A DNA stretch of 41,948 nucleotides from a virus (IMGVR_UViG_3300032320_000899:1-41948); one strand, 5' to 3'. Positions 1 through 9,837 are shown, numbered from the stretch's first letter. Made by a program: numbers and translations. Notes: generated from the letters alone by a model not told the origin.

Positions 1-26
1 ACACGTTCCATTTCTTCTACGTTCAC
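1..26 (-). CDS. 5' end of a gene truncated by the window edge (possibly primase, by position only)
   Basis: GTG at 26-24 overlaps the helicase stop (ATGTGA) and reads MNVEEMERV; product is inferred only from its position after DnaB. Confidence 0.3.
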
Positions 27-1252
27 ATGTCATCACTGCTAATCTCACGGAACTCACCTGTGTTCCAGTCCCATACTAGTGAGACCTCTAGAGGACCACA
101 GTTACGACTAGCCATAACCTTTAACAATCTAGTATCGTCTACGTTTTCATCCTCACGCTGCAAACCAAATACAACGTCAGCATCTTGAAAGAATGAGGAA
201 GAATAACCAATAGAGTCTACTGTTACGTTACCCTTGCGCATCTTCCATCCCAAAGCTTGAGTGGTAATAACAATTGGAATCTGATGCTTTTGTGCCAGAC
301 GCTTAAGACTACGTGTGATGTTGGTAAGAGCTAGCGCAGTGTTTGCTTCCCCAGACTGCTCGTCCATCATTAAGTACACGCCGTCAATAAATAAAACGTT
401 AGGTTGTAATTGCTGAACCTTATTTGATATTCCAGAAATTACGGAGGCTCCTGCAGAATCCGTAAGCCAGAACTTATGTTGAAGCATTGTCATACCACGA
501 AGCTTTGCTTGGTAACGCGCTTCTTCCTCTGAGGTAAGAGTTCCTGTGGTTAAGCGGTGGTGTGAAATACGAGCACGCATAGCATCGTAGCGAGTAATTT
601 GTTCTTGGTTACTCATTTCAAATGATTGAAAGACGGGAACCTTTCCCCCACTATGAATGTTATGAGCCATCTGTAATGCAAGAGTTGACTTACCAGTTTT
701 AGGTGGAGCAACAATTACAATCAGCTGACCTGGCTGTAGACCGCTGGTTGCTTGATCAATAGTACTAAACCCTGTTGCCATTCCACGAAGACCTCCTGGA
801 AGGTTCTTGCGCTCAAGGTATTCTTCCCAACGCTGATCAGTGTTCTGGGTAATATCAATGTCACTAACCGCGTGAAATCCGTTGTCGTCAAGTGTGGAGA
901 ACCCGCTTTGTAAAATAGATACAGCGTTTTCGTGGTTACCAAACTTTTCAATCTCTTCAATTGCTTTTCGAATAGAGTTATTAACAATGGCTTTACGTTG
1001 GGCTTTAACTACTTCGTCTACTAAAAAATCAAGAGAGTCACTAACTTCAACAAAAACATATGTAGGAAAGTTATCTTTAATAACTTCCGTGCTGGGAACT
1101 TCGTTGTAGTTGGTGTAATGGTTTCTAATAAAAGACCATACTCTTCGATCCTCATTATTTGAGAACCAAGGCTCAGAAACGCCACGTTCAAGCAAGAAAC
1201 TAATGCTTTTTTCGTTTAATGCTCGGTTTAGTAGTAGGTTTTCGTAGTTCAT
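23..1252 (-). CDS. dnaB: DnaB-like replicative helicase
   Basis: SF4 motifs: TGFSTID..TSGLQPGQLIVIVAPPKTGKS (Walker A), SFEMS, FIDGVYLM, SLKRLAQKHQIPIV..TQ, SSSFFQDADVV, ASRN. Confidence 0.95.
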   Translation of the reverse strand: MNYENLLLNRALNEKSISFLLERGVSEPWFSNNEDRRVWSFIRNHYTNYNEVPSTEVIKDNFPTYVFVEVSDSLDFLVDEVVKAQRKAIVNNSIRKAIEEIEKFGNHENAVSILQSGFSTLDDNGFHAVSDIDITQNTDQRWEEYLERKNLPGGLRGMATGFSTIDQATSGLQPGQLIVIVAPPKTGKSTLALQMAHNIHSGGKVPVFQSFEMSNQEQITRYDAMRARISHHRLTTGTLTSEEEARYQAKLRGMTMLQHKFWLTDSAGASVISGISNKVQQLQPNVLFIDGVYLMMDEQSGEANTALALTNITRSLKRLAQKHQIPIVITTQALGWKMRKGNVTVDSIGYSSSFFQDADVVFGLQREDENVDDTRLLKVMASRNCGPLEVSLVWDWNTGEFREISSDDM

Positions 1253-1261
1253 CTAGTCCCC

Positions 1262-1656
1262 TTAAAAGTCCAATCCCAAGCGACCATACATTAGTTGGTG
1301 CTCTGGGTCAATTACGCCGATTACTTCTGGTCTATATGGTAAGTCTGCAACCAGCTTCTTTGGAGAAGCATAATGGTTATAGTACCTAAATGGGTTGTTA
1401 CCTGCTCTATCAATTTTGTTAAACAAGATTTCAAGTTCAGAGTTTTTGTATTCAAATGAAACTGTTCAAGCGTTACTCCTGCACGAGTAGTGTACAAGTA
1501 AAACTTGTTTAAAAGAAATTTGTCAAATCCAATTTCTTCAGACTTGACGTTAAATATTTTTAATTTCTTTTCTACTACGGGCACTTTAATAAATATCAAA
1601 TTAGCATTTACAAGTACGCGCCGTGGCATGTCGTTGCTTATGTCCCCTTTATACAC
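1262..1656 (-). CDS. Hypothetical protein with an apparent 1-nt frameshift near 1463-1464 (~131 aa if restored)
   Basis: After ...AGVTLE a second frame reads VSFEYKNSELEILFNKIDRAGNNPFRYY...YGRLGLDF and stops at 1262-1264, directly before the helicase RBS (GGGGACTAG ATG). Confidence 0.7.
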
Positions 1657-1659
1657 GGT

Positions 1660-1971
1660 TTAACAAACCTCTATTTTTCCAAATTTAATAATGAACTTCC
1701 GTAATTCTTCTGAAGACTCGTGAGCTCTATCAGTTTCTTCATCAGTTACTTCTGTAGAAATTTGTAATGGGTAAGTACCGTGGTTTTGTTTAACGCGTGA
1801 GGTTACAAATTTAGTGTGCTTGCATGTTCCACGCCCAGCATATCCTGGACAGGTGCAAATAAAATTTCTATCTCTGTTAATGCTTACTTCAAAAATGCCT
1901 GGGCCTGGGGTGCCTGAACCGCCTAAGAAAATCTGAACTAACTTGGTGTCTTCCATAACTCCCTCGCTCAT
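1660..1971 (-). CDS. SWIM-type zinc finger protein
   Basis: FEVSI...FICTCPGYAGRGTCKH fits CxC-x(n)-CxH. Confidence 0.8.
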   Translation of the reverse strand: MSEGVMEDTKLVQIFLGGSGTPGPGIFEVSINRDRNFICTCPGYAGRGTCKHTKFVTSRVKQNHGTYPLQISTEVTDEETDRAHESSEELRKFIIKFGKIEVC

Positions 1972-2663
1972 TTTTTTCGTAAGTCTCCCTTAGTAGATTT
2001 TAGTTCAATTGTGGCAAAAGCTTCGTGTATAAACGACCCAGTTGCTTCGCCATATGCAGCGGACCAGGCATCTATAGGAAGATTTGTGGTAACTATGGTG
2101 GGAAGTCCCAGGTTAAATCTGGTACGCAAGATATGGTGAAGCAAATTCTTATTCCAGCCACTGCCTGATACATGCTCCTTGCCCACGTCGTCAATGACTA
2201 ATACTCGAATGTTATAAGCATCGTCCTCGCACTCACCGTGCATACCTAAAAACAAACGCTCTTGCTCATCGGTTTTATCTGGCCCCATCAATGCACCTTT
2301 AAGTTCAATAATGTCATTGTAGGTAGCAAAGTGACATGGCTTTACAAGAACCCTGCCGCTGTTTACGGCAAAATCTTCTAAGTCAAATGTCCGCATCATC
2401 TCTTGGATAACCGCCAAAGAAAGCGTAGTTTTTCCGTGCCCTGGTTCTCCAACAAGTAATAAACCTTTACCGCAGATAGGGTTACCCTCTGCTCTGATCA
2501 CGTTGCCAGATTTAACTTTCCGTATCCAATTAGACACCAGCTTTAAATCCTGCGCAGATACCTCTTTGCAGTCTGATAACTCCCAGCCCCTGCGGTTTGC
2601 GGGAACGTTAGCAATCGTTAACCACGACTTACGCCGTACAGGTAACTCGCTAACATTAATCAT
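1968..2663 (-). CDS. DnaC/IstB-like AAA+ helicase loader
   Basis: GLLLVGEPGHGKTTL (Walker A), VLVIDDVGKE (Walker B), LRTRFNLGLPTIVTTN; lies between initiator and DnaB. Confidence 0.9.
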   Translation of the reverse strand: MINVSELPVRRKSWLTIANVPANRRGWELSDCKEVSAQDLKLVSNWIRKVKSGNVIRAEGNPICGKGLLLVGEPGHGKTTLSLAVIQEMMRTFDLEDFAVNSGRVLVKPCHFATYNDIIELKGALMGPDKTDEQERLFLGMHGECEDDAYNIRVLVIDDVGKEHVSGSGWNKNLLHHILRTRFNLGLPTIVTTNLPIDAWSAAYGEATGSFIHEAFATIELKSTKGDLRKK

Positions 2664-2823
2664 TTGCTTCCTCTGACTTACCGCAACTGCAATTAGTGCA
2701 CTTACAGTCTGGGTTAGACTTCTCTGCTTTTTGAATCCACTCAGTTATGCGCTGAACGGTTTCTGAAGTTAAACCTGCTTGACGATAATCACGTTCAATG
2801 CTTTCTTCAAAAGCACGCTTCAT
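2656..2823 (-). CDS. 55-aa hypothetical protein with C-terminal CxCxxCxC cluster (not in ORF track)
   Basis: MKRAFEESIERDYRQAGLTSETVQRITEWIQKAEKSNPDCKCTNCSCGKSEEAND; fills the gap between neighbours exactly. Confidence 0.7.
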   Translation of the reverse strand: MKRAFEESIERDYRQAGLTSETVQRITEWIQKAEKSNPDCKCTNCSCGKSEEAND

Positions 2824-2824
2824 A

Positions 2825-3757
2825 TTACTCACTTAACCACTCCTGTGACTTAGCAGCTTGTAAAGCTGATGTTTCTTTTTCTTCTGGTGTTTGTACCATA
2901 CGTTTTGCCTGTACCGCAAGTTCGGGTGAACGAGTAATAAACAACTTCCACATATGTTCTCCGTCATCATATTTTTCAAACTTTGTAGTTTCAAAAAATA
3001 GGTCTAACATTTTGTATTCAATCTCGCCATTAGTCTGGTGCACCATTCGCATTTTAGCAAATGCACCTGTAATCCTGCGTATGGTAATGTTGTTTTTAAT
3101 ATGAAAATACCGAGTTAAACGGTCCATAAATTCATAAGCAACTTCGTTGCTACCCCATTTTTCAACGGCAAGATCATGGCGAGAGCCTAGCTTGGTACGC
3201 TTCGTGGAAGTAAAAGTTGTCTGAGACTCTTGCATTTTGGCATCTCGGTATTTACGCCGTGCTTCTTTAGCATCCTGAGTGTATTCGTCTTCTGACTCAT
3301 TTGCGTTAAAAAACTGATACGGCATTTCTTTCTCCTCTACCGAGATGTTAAACGTCTTGTTTTCGTTACGAGGGTCCTCCCTCGTAACTTCTTTACTAGT
3401 TATACTAGTTATATTATTAGGATTAATTAGCTGGTTCTCACTTAAAAGGACGACGGGTTTTCCGACGGCGGCTACCCACTCCGTAGACGGATTATCCGAC
3501 GGCGGTAACCAGTCTCTAATGTACATCCAACCTAAGTCTGTAATGTCCTCGTAGTGGTTCCATTGCTTGTTTTTACCTGCTTGGTAACTGCCTCTTTTTA
3601 CCATGCCAGAGTCCTCAAGCTCTTTAAGTGCTCCGCCCCAGTAATCTCTGCCAAATCCTGGAAAAGCCTCCATGAGCCCAGGCTTGGTCATGCGGACCTT
3701 ACCTGTAGCTCCTGCCATAAGGGCAACTAGTGCCTTAGGCGATAACGTGCTTATCAT
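2825..3757 (-). CDS. Putative replication initiator (lambda O-like, N-terminal winged HTH)
   Basis: LSPKALVAL...GRDYWGGALKELEDSGMVKR wHTH-like N-terminus; internal iteron-like repeats and AT-rich tract; upstream of DnaC/DnaB. Confidence 0.7.
   Translation of the reverse strand: MISTLSPKALVALMAGATGKVRMTKPGLMEAFPGFGRDYWGGALKELEDSGMVKRGSYQAGKNKQWNHYEDITDLGWMYIRDWLPPSDNPSTEWVAAVGKPVVLLSENQLINPNNITSITSKEVTREDPRNENKTFNISVEEKEMPYQFFNANESEDEYTQDAKEARRKYRDAKMQESQTTFTSTKRTKLGSRHDLAVEKWGSNEVAYEFMDRLTRYFHIKNNITIRRITGAFAKMRMVHQTNGEIEYKMLDLFFETTKFEKYDDGEHMWKLFITRSPELAVQAKRMVQTPEEKETSALQAAKSQEWLSE
3391..3505. repeat. Putative replication origin: iteron-like repeats plus AT-rich unwinding tract inside the initiator gene
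   Basis: gacgggttttccgacggcgg (3452-3471) and gacggattatccgacggcgg (3486-3505), 18/20 identical; CCG-N4-CGG palindromes at 3462, 3481, 3496; AT-rich 3391-3430 with tactagtta twice. Confidence 0.7.
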
Positions 3758-4290
3758 TTCTTTAGCACTCGCTTTAACTCTTTACCAATAGCCTCGGCAA
3801 AAATGTCAGCAATAATGCGAACGGCTTCGTATAGTGGGTCTTCAAACTCTTCCGCGGCGTCTTCCTCTTCAACATCCGCCTCAAGTTCTTCCTCGGTCAT
3901 CTGCTCCTGTTCAGGAATGGCAGGTGCCGTAACGGCTTTGATTGAGTCTTGAGGCACTAGTTCGTTAAGTCCCTCAGTCAAGTCAAACGCTGGTATTCCG
4001 TTTTCCTTAGCAATAGCAAGGCTAGACAAAGACTCAGGATCATCGTCATCCCAAAGAATGAACATAGCTGAGTTTTCCCTTATATCCTCAGGGTTTGAGA
4101 GCTCTGTCTCAAACTCAATTTCCTTATCGGAAAGATATTGTTTAAGCCATACTTGACCTTCAGAAAGTCTGACGGGGTTAGCTAATGTAAATTTAATCTT
4201 TGGATTAGCGTGGATGTAGTCATCTACTAAAGCCTCAACATTTGCACGGCTAGTTTTACCATTTCCCGTGACTATGATGTGGTCGTACAT
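3754..4290 (-). CDS. Hypothetical protein, possibly SLOG/YspA-like fold with acidic tail
   Basis: IIVTGNG N-terminus and FILWD...S..SLAIAKENGIPAFDL resemble SLOG family motifs; strong RBS TAAGGAG. Confidence 0.5.
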   Translation of the reverse strand: MYDHIIVTGNGKTSRANVEALVDDYIHANPKIKFTLANPVRLSEGQVWLKQYLSDKEIEFETELSNPEDIRENSAMFILWDDDDPESLSSLAIAKENGIPAFDLTEGLNELVPQDSIKAVTAPAIPEQEQMTEEELEADVEEEDAAEEFEDPLYEAVRIIADIFAEAIGKELKRVLKK

Positions 4291-4316
4291 AGGTTCTCCT
4301 TATGGGTAGGAAACCT

Positions 4317-4344
4317 ACTATACACGTACTTTAGACTAGGTCAA
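4317..4344 (-). promoter_or_regulatory. Sigma70/SigA-type promoter for the replication operon
   Basis: TTGACC-N16-TATAGT upstream of RBS TAAGGAG; short hairpin GTAGG-TTT-CCTAC at the expected start. Confidence 0.65.
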
Positions 4345-4352
4345 GTGATACG

Positions 4353-6524
4353 TTAATCGTCTCGTGGAACGTAAGGTTGGTTGTACTGATCGTAGTAGAA
4401 ACTAATTCCAATATTATTACTTGGTGTTCCAGTGCCAATGGCATTAACTGCGGATATTCTAATTGCATAATCGCCACCAACGTCTGCGCCAAAAGTGGCA
4501 TTGTTTGTTCCAGCGGGAAAAGATGCATAATATTGCCAAACTCCATAGTTATAGTAATTTAGAGTTTCGTATATGTATCCTGTAATTGCACTTCCGTTAT
4601 TTGCAGGAGTAGTCCATGACACAGAGTAAATTGCTGGACTTTCATTACTTCCACCACTGCTGCTATCTACAGAAATAACTGGAGCACTAGGAACACCAGC
4701 AGTAGTTGATGCGCTAACTACTGCGTTAGGGCTAGTACCTACAAAATTAGTTGCTGAAACAGTGTATGAGTATGAAGTTACAGGACTTAAACCAGTATTG
4801 GTGAATGAAGTGTTTGATCCTGTATAAATAGTGGTAGCCCCGCGCTTTAGTGTGTAGCTTGTGACTATGCTACCGTTGTTTACAGGAGCACTCCAACTTA
4901 AAGCTATGGAAGTTCCACCAGTAAGTGGGATGGCGGTAAACGAAATAGGTTCACTTGGAGCACCATACGTGGTTATAGCTGTAGAAGCAGCAGACCAATT
5001 AGCGGTGGTCAACTCTGCATTTTTTGCTTTAACTTGATACACATATGAAGTATTAGTAGCAACTGTACTGTCTACATAAGGTAACGTAATTGAATAATTA
5101 GTTGCCCCTACAGATACGTACGAAGGAGAGGTTCCAGAAATTGCGCGTTGAATGTTGTAACCAGTAATTGATGGGTTTGCTGTGTATGAACCGCCGCTAA
5201 CTGTAAGGCTTGTAACTGTTGTGCTTGTACGTCCAACTGTTGGGGCGCTTAATGGATCAGCTAAATAGAATGCTTGTATAGAATTGCTTTCTACGTATGC
5301 GCTAGTCAATTGCCCATTTAAAACTCTAATCCTATATTTGTAATAAATAGCGGAAGTTGCCGCAGTATCAGAATACGAAGTTGCGGTAGGAGAACCAAGA
5401 GTTAAGTTTGACCACTCAGAAAAAGTAGAGTTATTGAAAGATGAAGCTCTTTGAAGTTCGTAACTTGTAACAGCTGGGAACGCCGCAGAAACGGCACTCC
5501 ACGATACAAGTAATCTGTTTGCAGTAGAAGCAACTGTAGCTGCAGTAGGAGTTGCTGTAGATATAAAGAATGGGAAAATTGCAGAGCTACTTGTGTAAGA
5601 ACTGTAGATATCTCCACCAGCTCCAGCGGCGTACGCAGCTTTAGCCCTAATTCTATACGTGTAAGCCGTACTTCCATTTGCAGTTGCTGTTGCATCATCA
5701 TAAGAAAAAACAGAGCTTGCTGTAGTAGCTAAAGCTGACCAGGAAGACCCGCCATTAGAACTTCTATCAATTTCATATTGACTTATAGCAGCGTTTGTTA
5801 CAGGGGCGTTCCAAGATAAAGAAACGGTATTTGCTGTATTAGGTTTAGCCACTGCAGTTAAGGCAGATATTGCGTTGATGTATAAAGTAACTATACTAGT
5901 AGTAGCAACTTGACTTAAAATTTCATTAAGTGCGGTGACCCTATAAGTGTAAGTTGTTCCAGCAGTTAAACTTCCATCTAAAACATAAGATGCAGAGGTA
6001 GATACGCTAGTAGCCGCAGTACTAATTACTGTGCTAGTTGTTCCTAAAATTCTTTCAACCAATATTGTTGCTGGAGGGTTAGCTACACCCAGCGCATCCC
6101 AAGTTACAAGAACACCGTTTCCAGAAGCAACTAGTGATATTTCAGGAGAAATAAAATTAAAATACTCTGGTCTAATAATTTTTTCAGGTTGTGCAAACAA
6201 TAACTCCGAAGACATTAACGCACCATTAATTGAATAAACTGTTGCGTCACCACCCACAGCTAATGTTGCTGGAAATGTTCCTGTGTACGTAAAATCAGAA
6301 TTTGGTTTAACACTAAAAGAAGTTGCGTTGTTTACTTTGTATACTAAAGCATTAGTTACGTTTGGTAATACCCCAGTAGTTGCTGTAACGCCTGTTACTG
6401 TTACTTTAGCGCCTTCAAAGATTGAATGCGTATCAGACGTAGTGTATGTAATAAGACTATTAGACTCTACAATAGCAGTAGCTATTTGGGCAGCTGAGTT
6501 TCCCAAACTTGCTTTTTTAAGCAT
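4353..6524 (-). CDS. Fibronectin type III repeat tail fibre / receptor-binding protein
   Basis: About six FN3-like units (VSLSWNAP...YEIDRS...YTYRIRA; SLSWSAP..NGS.VTSYTL...GLSPVTSYSYTVSATN); last gene of the baseplate module. Confidence 0.8.
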   Translation of the reverse strand: MLKKASLGNSAAQIATAIVESNSLITYTTSDTHSIFEGAKVTVTGVTATTGVLPNVTNALVYKVNNATSFSVKPNSDFTYTGTFPATLAVGGDATVYSINGALMSSELLFAQPEKIIRPEYFNFISPEISLVASGNGVLVTWDALGVANPPATILVERILGTTSTVISTAATSVSTSASYVLDGSLTAGTTYTYRVTALNEILSQVATTSIVTLYINAISALTAVAKPNTANTVSLSWNAPVTNAAISQYEIDRSSNGGSSWSALATTASSVFSYDDATATANGSTAYTYRIRAKAAYAAGAGGDIYSSYTSSSAIFPFFISTATPTAATVASTANRLLVSWSAVSAAFPAVTSYELQRASSFNNSTFSEWSNLTLGSPTATSYSDTAATSAIYYKYRIRVLNGQLTSAYVESNSIQAFYLADPLSAPTVGRTSTTVTSLTVSGGSYTANPSITGYNIQRAISGTSPSYVSVGATNYSITLPYVDSTVATNTSYVYQVKAKNAELTTANWSAASTAITTYGAPSEPISFTAIPLTGGTSIALSWSAPVNNGSIVTSYTLKRGATTIYTGSNTSFTNTGLSPVTSYSYTVSATNFVGTSPNAVVSASTTAGVPSAPVISVDSSSGGSNESPAIYSVSWTTPANNGSAITGYIYETLNYYNYGVWQYYASFPAGTNNATFGADVGGDYAIRISAVNAIGTGTPSNNIGISFYYDQYNQPYVPRDD

Positions 6525-9500
6525 AGTAAGTCACATCCGTAATTAATGAGTCTAGTTTACCAAGTGTGGTTACTCTATCGATGTACAAATGGCTAGGGCT
6601 TAACCGAGCCGTAGATTCCCACATAGAGTCTCTGTCATCCGAGTAGTTTTGCCCATCATAATCCCCGTCAAAATAATAATCTAAAAACTCGGATTTTTCT
6701 ACCATTACCGCATCTACTAAAAATGTAGCCGTGTTAGTCATTGCACTTAGTTTTCTAACAGAAACTGCAGCTCTAAAAACGCCACTAGGGGCTGAGCCGC
6801 TAACGGTTAACCTAGTCCATCCACTAGCAGTTGTTATTGTTGTGGGGGTAGCAGCAGATAAAGTACCAATTACTGTTGGGGAAGCTACACTGGAATTGTA
6901 CCAAACCACATTAAGATCATAATTTGCGGAAGCTCCATTTGTTACTTTTACATAAGCACTAAATGTATATGTCTCTCCACTGCTTACTTTTATTGGGTAA
7001 GAAGTGTCACTTGATATAACTGCGCTGTTAACTGCAGCGGCCGACGCTACAACTGCTTGCAAAGAAGCGGAACCTTTATAGAAATCCGAAGTTACTCTAG
7101 AGATTGTTACCGCAGAAGTACTTGCTGCCCAACTAGTAGTATTTGTTTCAAAAGAAGGATTAGGAACTAAGTTATTTCTATTTGACGCTACGGTAATTTC
7201 AGAAGTTCTTGCATCTACAAAATTTGTTGGAATTGATGCAGCATATCCCAAACAAATATTTCCAGCAATATCAGCGTTAGTAGCCGCATAAGTGAACGAA
7301 TAGTCACCTGTAGAAGCATTGTTAGTTACTGCCGTTATAGTAAAAGTACCATCAAAAGGTGCCCCTAAACCAGTAACACTAACAGTACGACCGACTACAA
7401 AATTATTTTCTTCGTTAGTAGACAGCGTAACAAAGTTACTTGCAAGACTTCTGTAAGTTATTTGTATAGGGTGAGTAAATGAAGATGCATCTACGTAATA
7501 ACTTTCGGCAGAGCCCATACTGTTAATAGCAAACGCAGGCTCAGCATAGGCCGCATTAATTGGGCTAACTGCAGTTATATGGTTTAAGTACCAAGTGTTT
7601 GCTGAGGACTGAGTAGCAGATGCCAGCGTTCCCGTAGCTGTAGTTCCTACTGATTCACCCTTTACGTTGTACCAAGATATTCTAACCTCAGTGGTTCTAG
7701 CAGTTCCCCCAGCTTTACTAAAGTACATGCCAAACGCATATGGTTTATTTGACTGCACTGCTTGCCAGGCTGTAGATGCGGCAGGAATATCTGAAGCGGG
7801 AGGTGGGGAAAGAATAACAGTCTGGGCAGACGCTACTGAAGTACTGGTAGGATTAGATATAGATACGGTTGAAGATGAACTTGTAGCAGAAGTTACGTAT
7901 GTTCCTGCCACAATTGCTTCATTTGAATTAGTATGTAAAACGTAATCATTTGTAGCTGCAATATTTGGCTTTAAACTTAATGAGGTAGCTCCGCTACTAG
8001 CCGTGGCAGTTAACTCTGCTCTTTTAGGTCCTGTTGAAAACAATGGAGAACCTGCGGTTGCGGTTGTTATCTTTCCCATTCCAGAAACTATATTGTCTGA
8101 GAATTGAATAGTAGCTCCGCTTAGTGTTGTTCCTGGAGTAAAGTTAACTTTAAAAGTAGTTGAATTTTCAACATATGTAACTACAGTTCCTACAGCAAAT
8201 ACTCCAGTTGGAGCAGAAGAAGAAACCTGAACACGCATACCAGAACGTATTTTTGAAGTATCTGCGCCCGATAAAGTTACAGTCTTTCCCACAGAAGACG
8301 CAGTAGCAAGAGTTAAATTCCAGTTTGAAAACGAAGCTAAGCTGCCATCAACAGGACCCGCTAAAGTTAAAATACTTGAAAAAGGAGCACTAGTCCCATA
8401 CGCAGCAGCGTTCCTAGGGTACCAATCTCCAGTGTTTTCTATAAACGAAGATGTGTTGTAATTGTGTAAGTAATTAGTGCCCGCTTGTATTGAAACTGGA
8501 TATCCACTATGTGATTCAAGTTGATTAGCTACGCCAACAACCGAGCCTGAAGTTGAGTAATTTCTAATAAGGTTTGCTAATAATGTTCTAGCTTGAATTA
8601 AACTACTTACGTTTTCGTAAGAACCGCCAAGCTGTTTTATTAACAATTTTAATAATGGCTCATCAACTGTTTTTGGATTGGACAACTCAAACACAGCTTT
8701 ATTTGAAGTGCGGTATAAGTCTATATGAAAAGCAAACAAACTTAAAAAATCTTTTAAATCTTGGTTGTCTTGACCTTTATCATTAAGTTTATATATTGCA
8801 GGAAGGTGGCGACGAATTGCCTCCGCTGTTCCAACATTAATAATAGCAAAGCTAGATGTTTCACCTAACTTTTTCCACCTACGAGTAGCGCCATCGTTAT
8901 ACTCTGCAAATAATGAGTAATAATATTTTGGAGAATTTAATGAGCTACCAGTAACTCCCTTACCTGGATTGGCGGTTAATGCTGAGTTTGCCCCCGTATC
9001 ATATATATGAAACGAGCCTTCCATGCCAAGTTCAGTTCTGGTTGTTCTACCGCCAATAAGAGATGCAGCTATTCTAACTTTATCTCCTACTTTATAGTTA
9101 GAACCACTATTTCTTAGAGTAACTGTTGTTGTAGCGGTAGTCCCGTTACCTACTCTAGATATATCAAAAGTTGCGCCTTTACCTTTTGATGTTCCTACTG
9201 AAGTTCCCGCTACGTTAGTGTACGTAAAAGTACCGTTATTAGGAATTATTTTTGATTTATCATATGTAGTAGCGCTAAACCCAGTAGCCGTAATTCCTTT
9301 TTGGGTTCCTCCTAAAGCCGTTACGGTTAAAACTAAATCGGTAACTAATGGGGTAGCAGTAGTTGAAACGTATCCAATATTAGCTTTTGGTATCGTTAAA
9401 GTATTGCCAACAGCGTACCCACTACCGTACGAAATAATTTCAACGTCAATCACAGCTCCAAAGTCTGCTAGTGATCGCGTCACATTAAACTTTGCCCCTT

Positions 9501-9837
9501 TAGTATCTCCACTTGCAGTAAGGTTTGTATAGTATGCATAGGTTGTTGATGCTGGTAGCGGAGCATTACCTCCGCCAGCATAAGTAAGGGCTCCAATAGA
9601 GTTTGCTCCAGAAACTGCGCTTACCGTAAGGATTACAGATTCAGGGCCCTCAGAAAATATAGTTACGCCATCATTAATATTTCTAGGGTATCCCGACGTG
9701 TTCCTAATTACTCTTAAGTCTGTCCAATCAACTGCTTCAGAAGGAGGTTCCCAGGCAACGTGATTAATTAGGTAGTTAGATGGCTGCGCAGAAACCTCTG
9801 AAGTAAAAAAAGCGTCAAGGCTATTTACTAAGGGCAT
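6517..9837 (-). CDS. Baseplate wedge / tail protein (P2 gpI-like segment plus carbohydrate-binding-like domains)
   Basis: HLPAIY..DLKDFLSLFAF...LLKLLIKQLG...YSTSGS gpI-like segment; NLVPNPSFETNTTSW...GETYTFSAYVK...WTRLTVSG...VDAVMVEK CBM4/9-like domain; follows baseplate J. Confidence 0.75.
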   Translation of the reverse strand: MPLVNSLDAFFTSEVSAQPSNYLINHVAWEPPSEAVDWTDLRVIRNTSGYPRNINDGVTIFSEGPESVILTVSAVSGANSIGALTYAGGGNAPLPASTTYAYYTNLTASGDTKGAKFNVTRSLADFGAVIDVEIISYGSGYAVGNTLTIPKANIGYVSTTATPLVTDLVLTVTALGGTQKGITATGFSATTYDKSKIIPNNGTFTYTNVAGTSVGTSKGKGATFDISRVGNGTTATTTVTLRNSGSNYKVGDKVRIAASLIGGRTTRTELGMEGSFHIYDTGANSALTANPGKGVTGSSLNSPKYYYSLFAEYNDGATRRWKKLGETSSFAIINVGTAEAIRRHLPAIYKLNDKGQDNQDLKDFLSLFAFHIDLYRTSNKAVFELSNPKTVDEPLLKLLIKQLGGSYENVSSLIQARTLLANLIRNYSTSGSVVGVANQLESHSGYPVSIQAGTNYLHNYNTSSFIENTGDWYPRNAAAYGTSAPFSSILTLAGPVDGSLASFSNWNLTLATASSVGKTVTLSGADTSKIRSGMRVQVSSSAPTGVFAVGTVVTYVENSTTFKVNFTPGTTLSGATIQFSDNIVSGMGKITTATAGSPLFSTGPKRAELTATASSGATSLSLKPNIAATNDYVLHTNSNEAIVAGTYVTSATSSSSTVSISNPTSTSVASAQTVILSPPPASDIPAASTAWQAVQSNKPYAFGMYFSKAGGTARTTEVRISWYNVKGESVGTTATGTLASATQSSANTWYLNHITAVSPINAAYAEPAFAINSMGSAESYYVDASSFTHPIQITYRSLASNFVTLSTNEENNFVVGRTVSVTGLGAPFDGTFTITAVTNNASTGDYSFTYAATNADIAGNICLGYAASIPTNFVDARTSEITVASNRNNLVPNPSFETNTTSWAASTSAVTISRVTSDFYKGSASLQAVVASAAAVNSAVISSDTSYPIKVSSGETYTFSAYVKVTNGASANYDLNVVWYNSSVASPTVIGTLSAATPTTITTASGWTRLTVSGSAPSGVFRAAVSVRKLSAMTNTATFLVDAVMVEKSEFLDYYFDGDYDGQNYSDDRDSMWESTARLSPSHLYIDRVTTLGKLDSLITDVTYYA

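Noticed and set aside
6510-6530. Frameshift fusion of the 1106-aa wedge and the 723-aa FN3 protein
   Set aside because: An ordinary 8-nt start/stop overlap explains it and no clear slippery site was seen, although the RBS is weak
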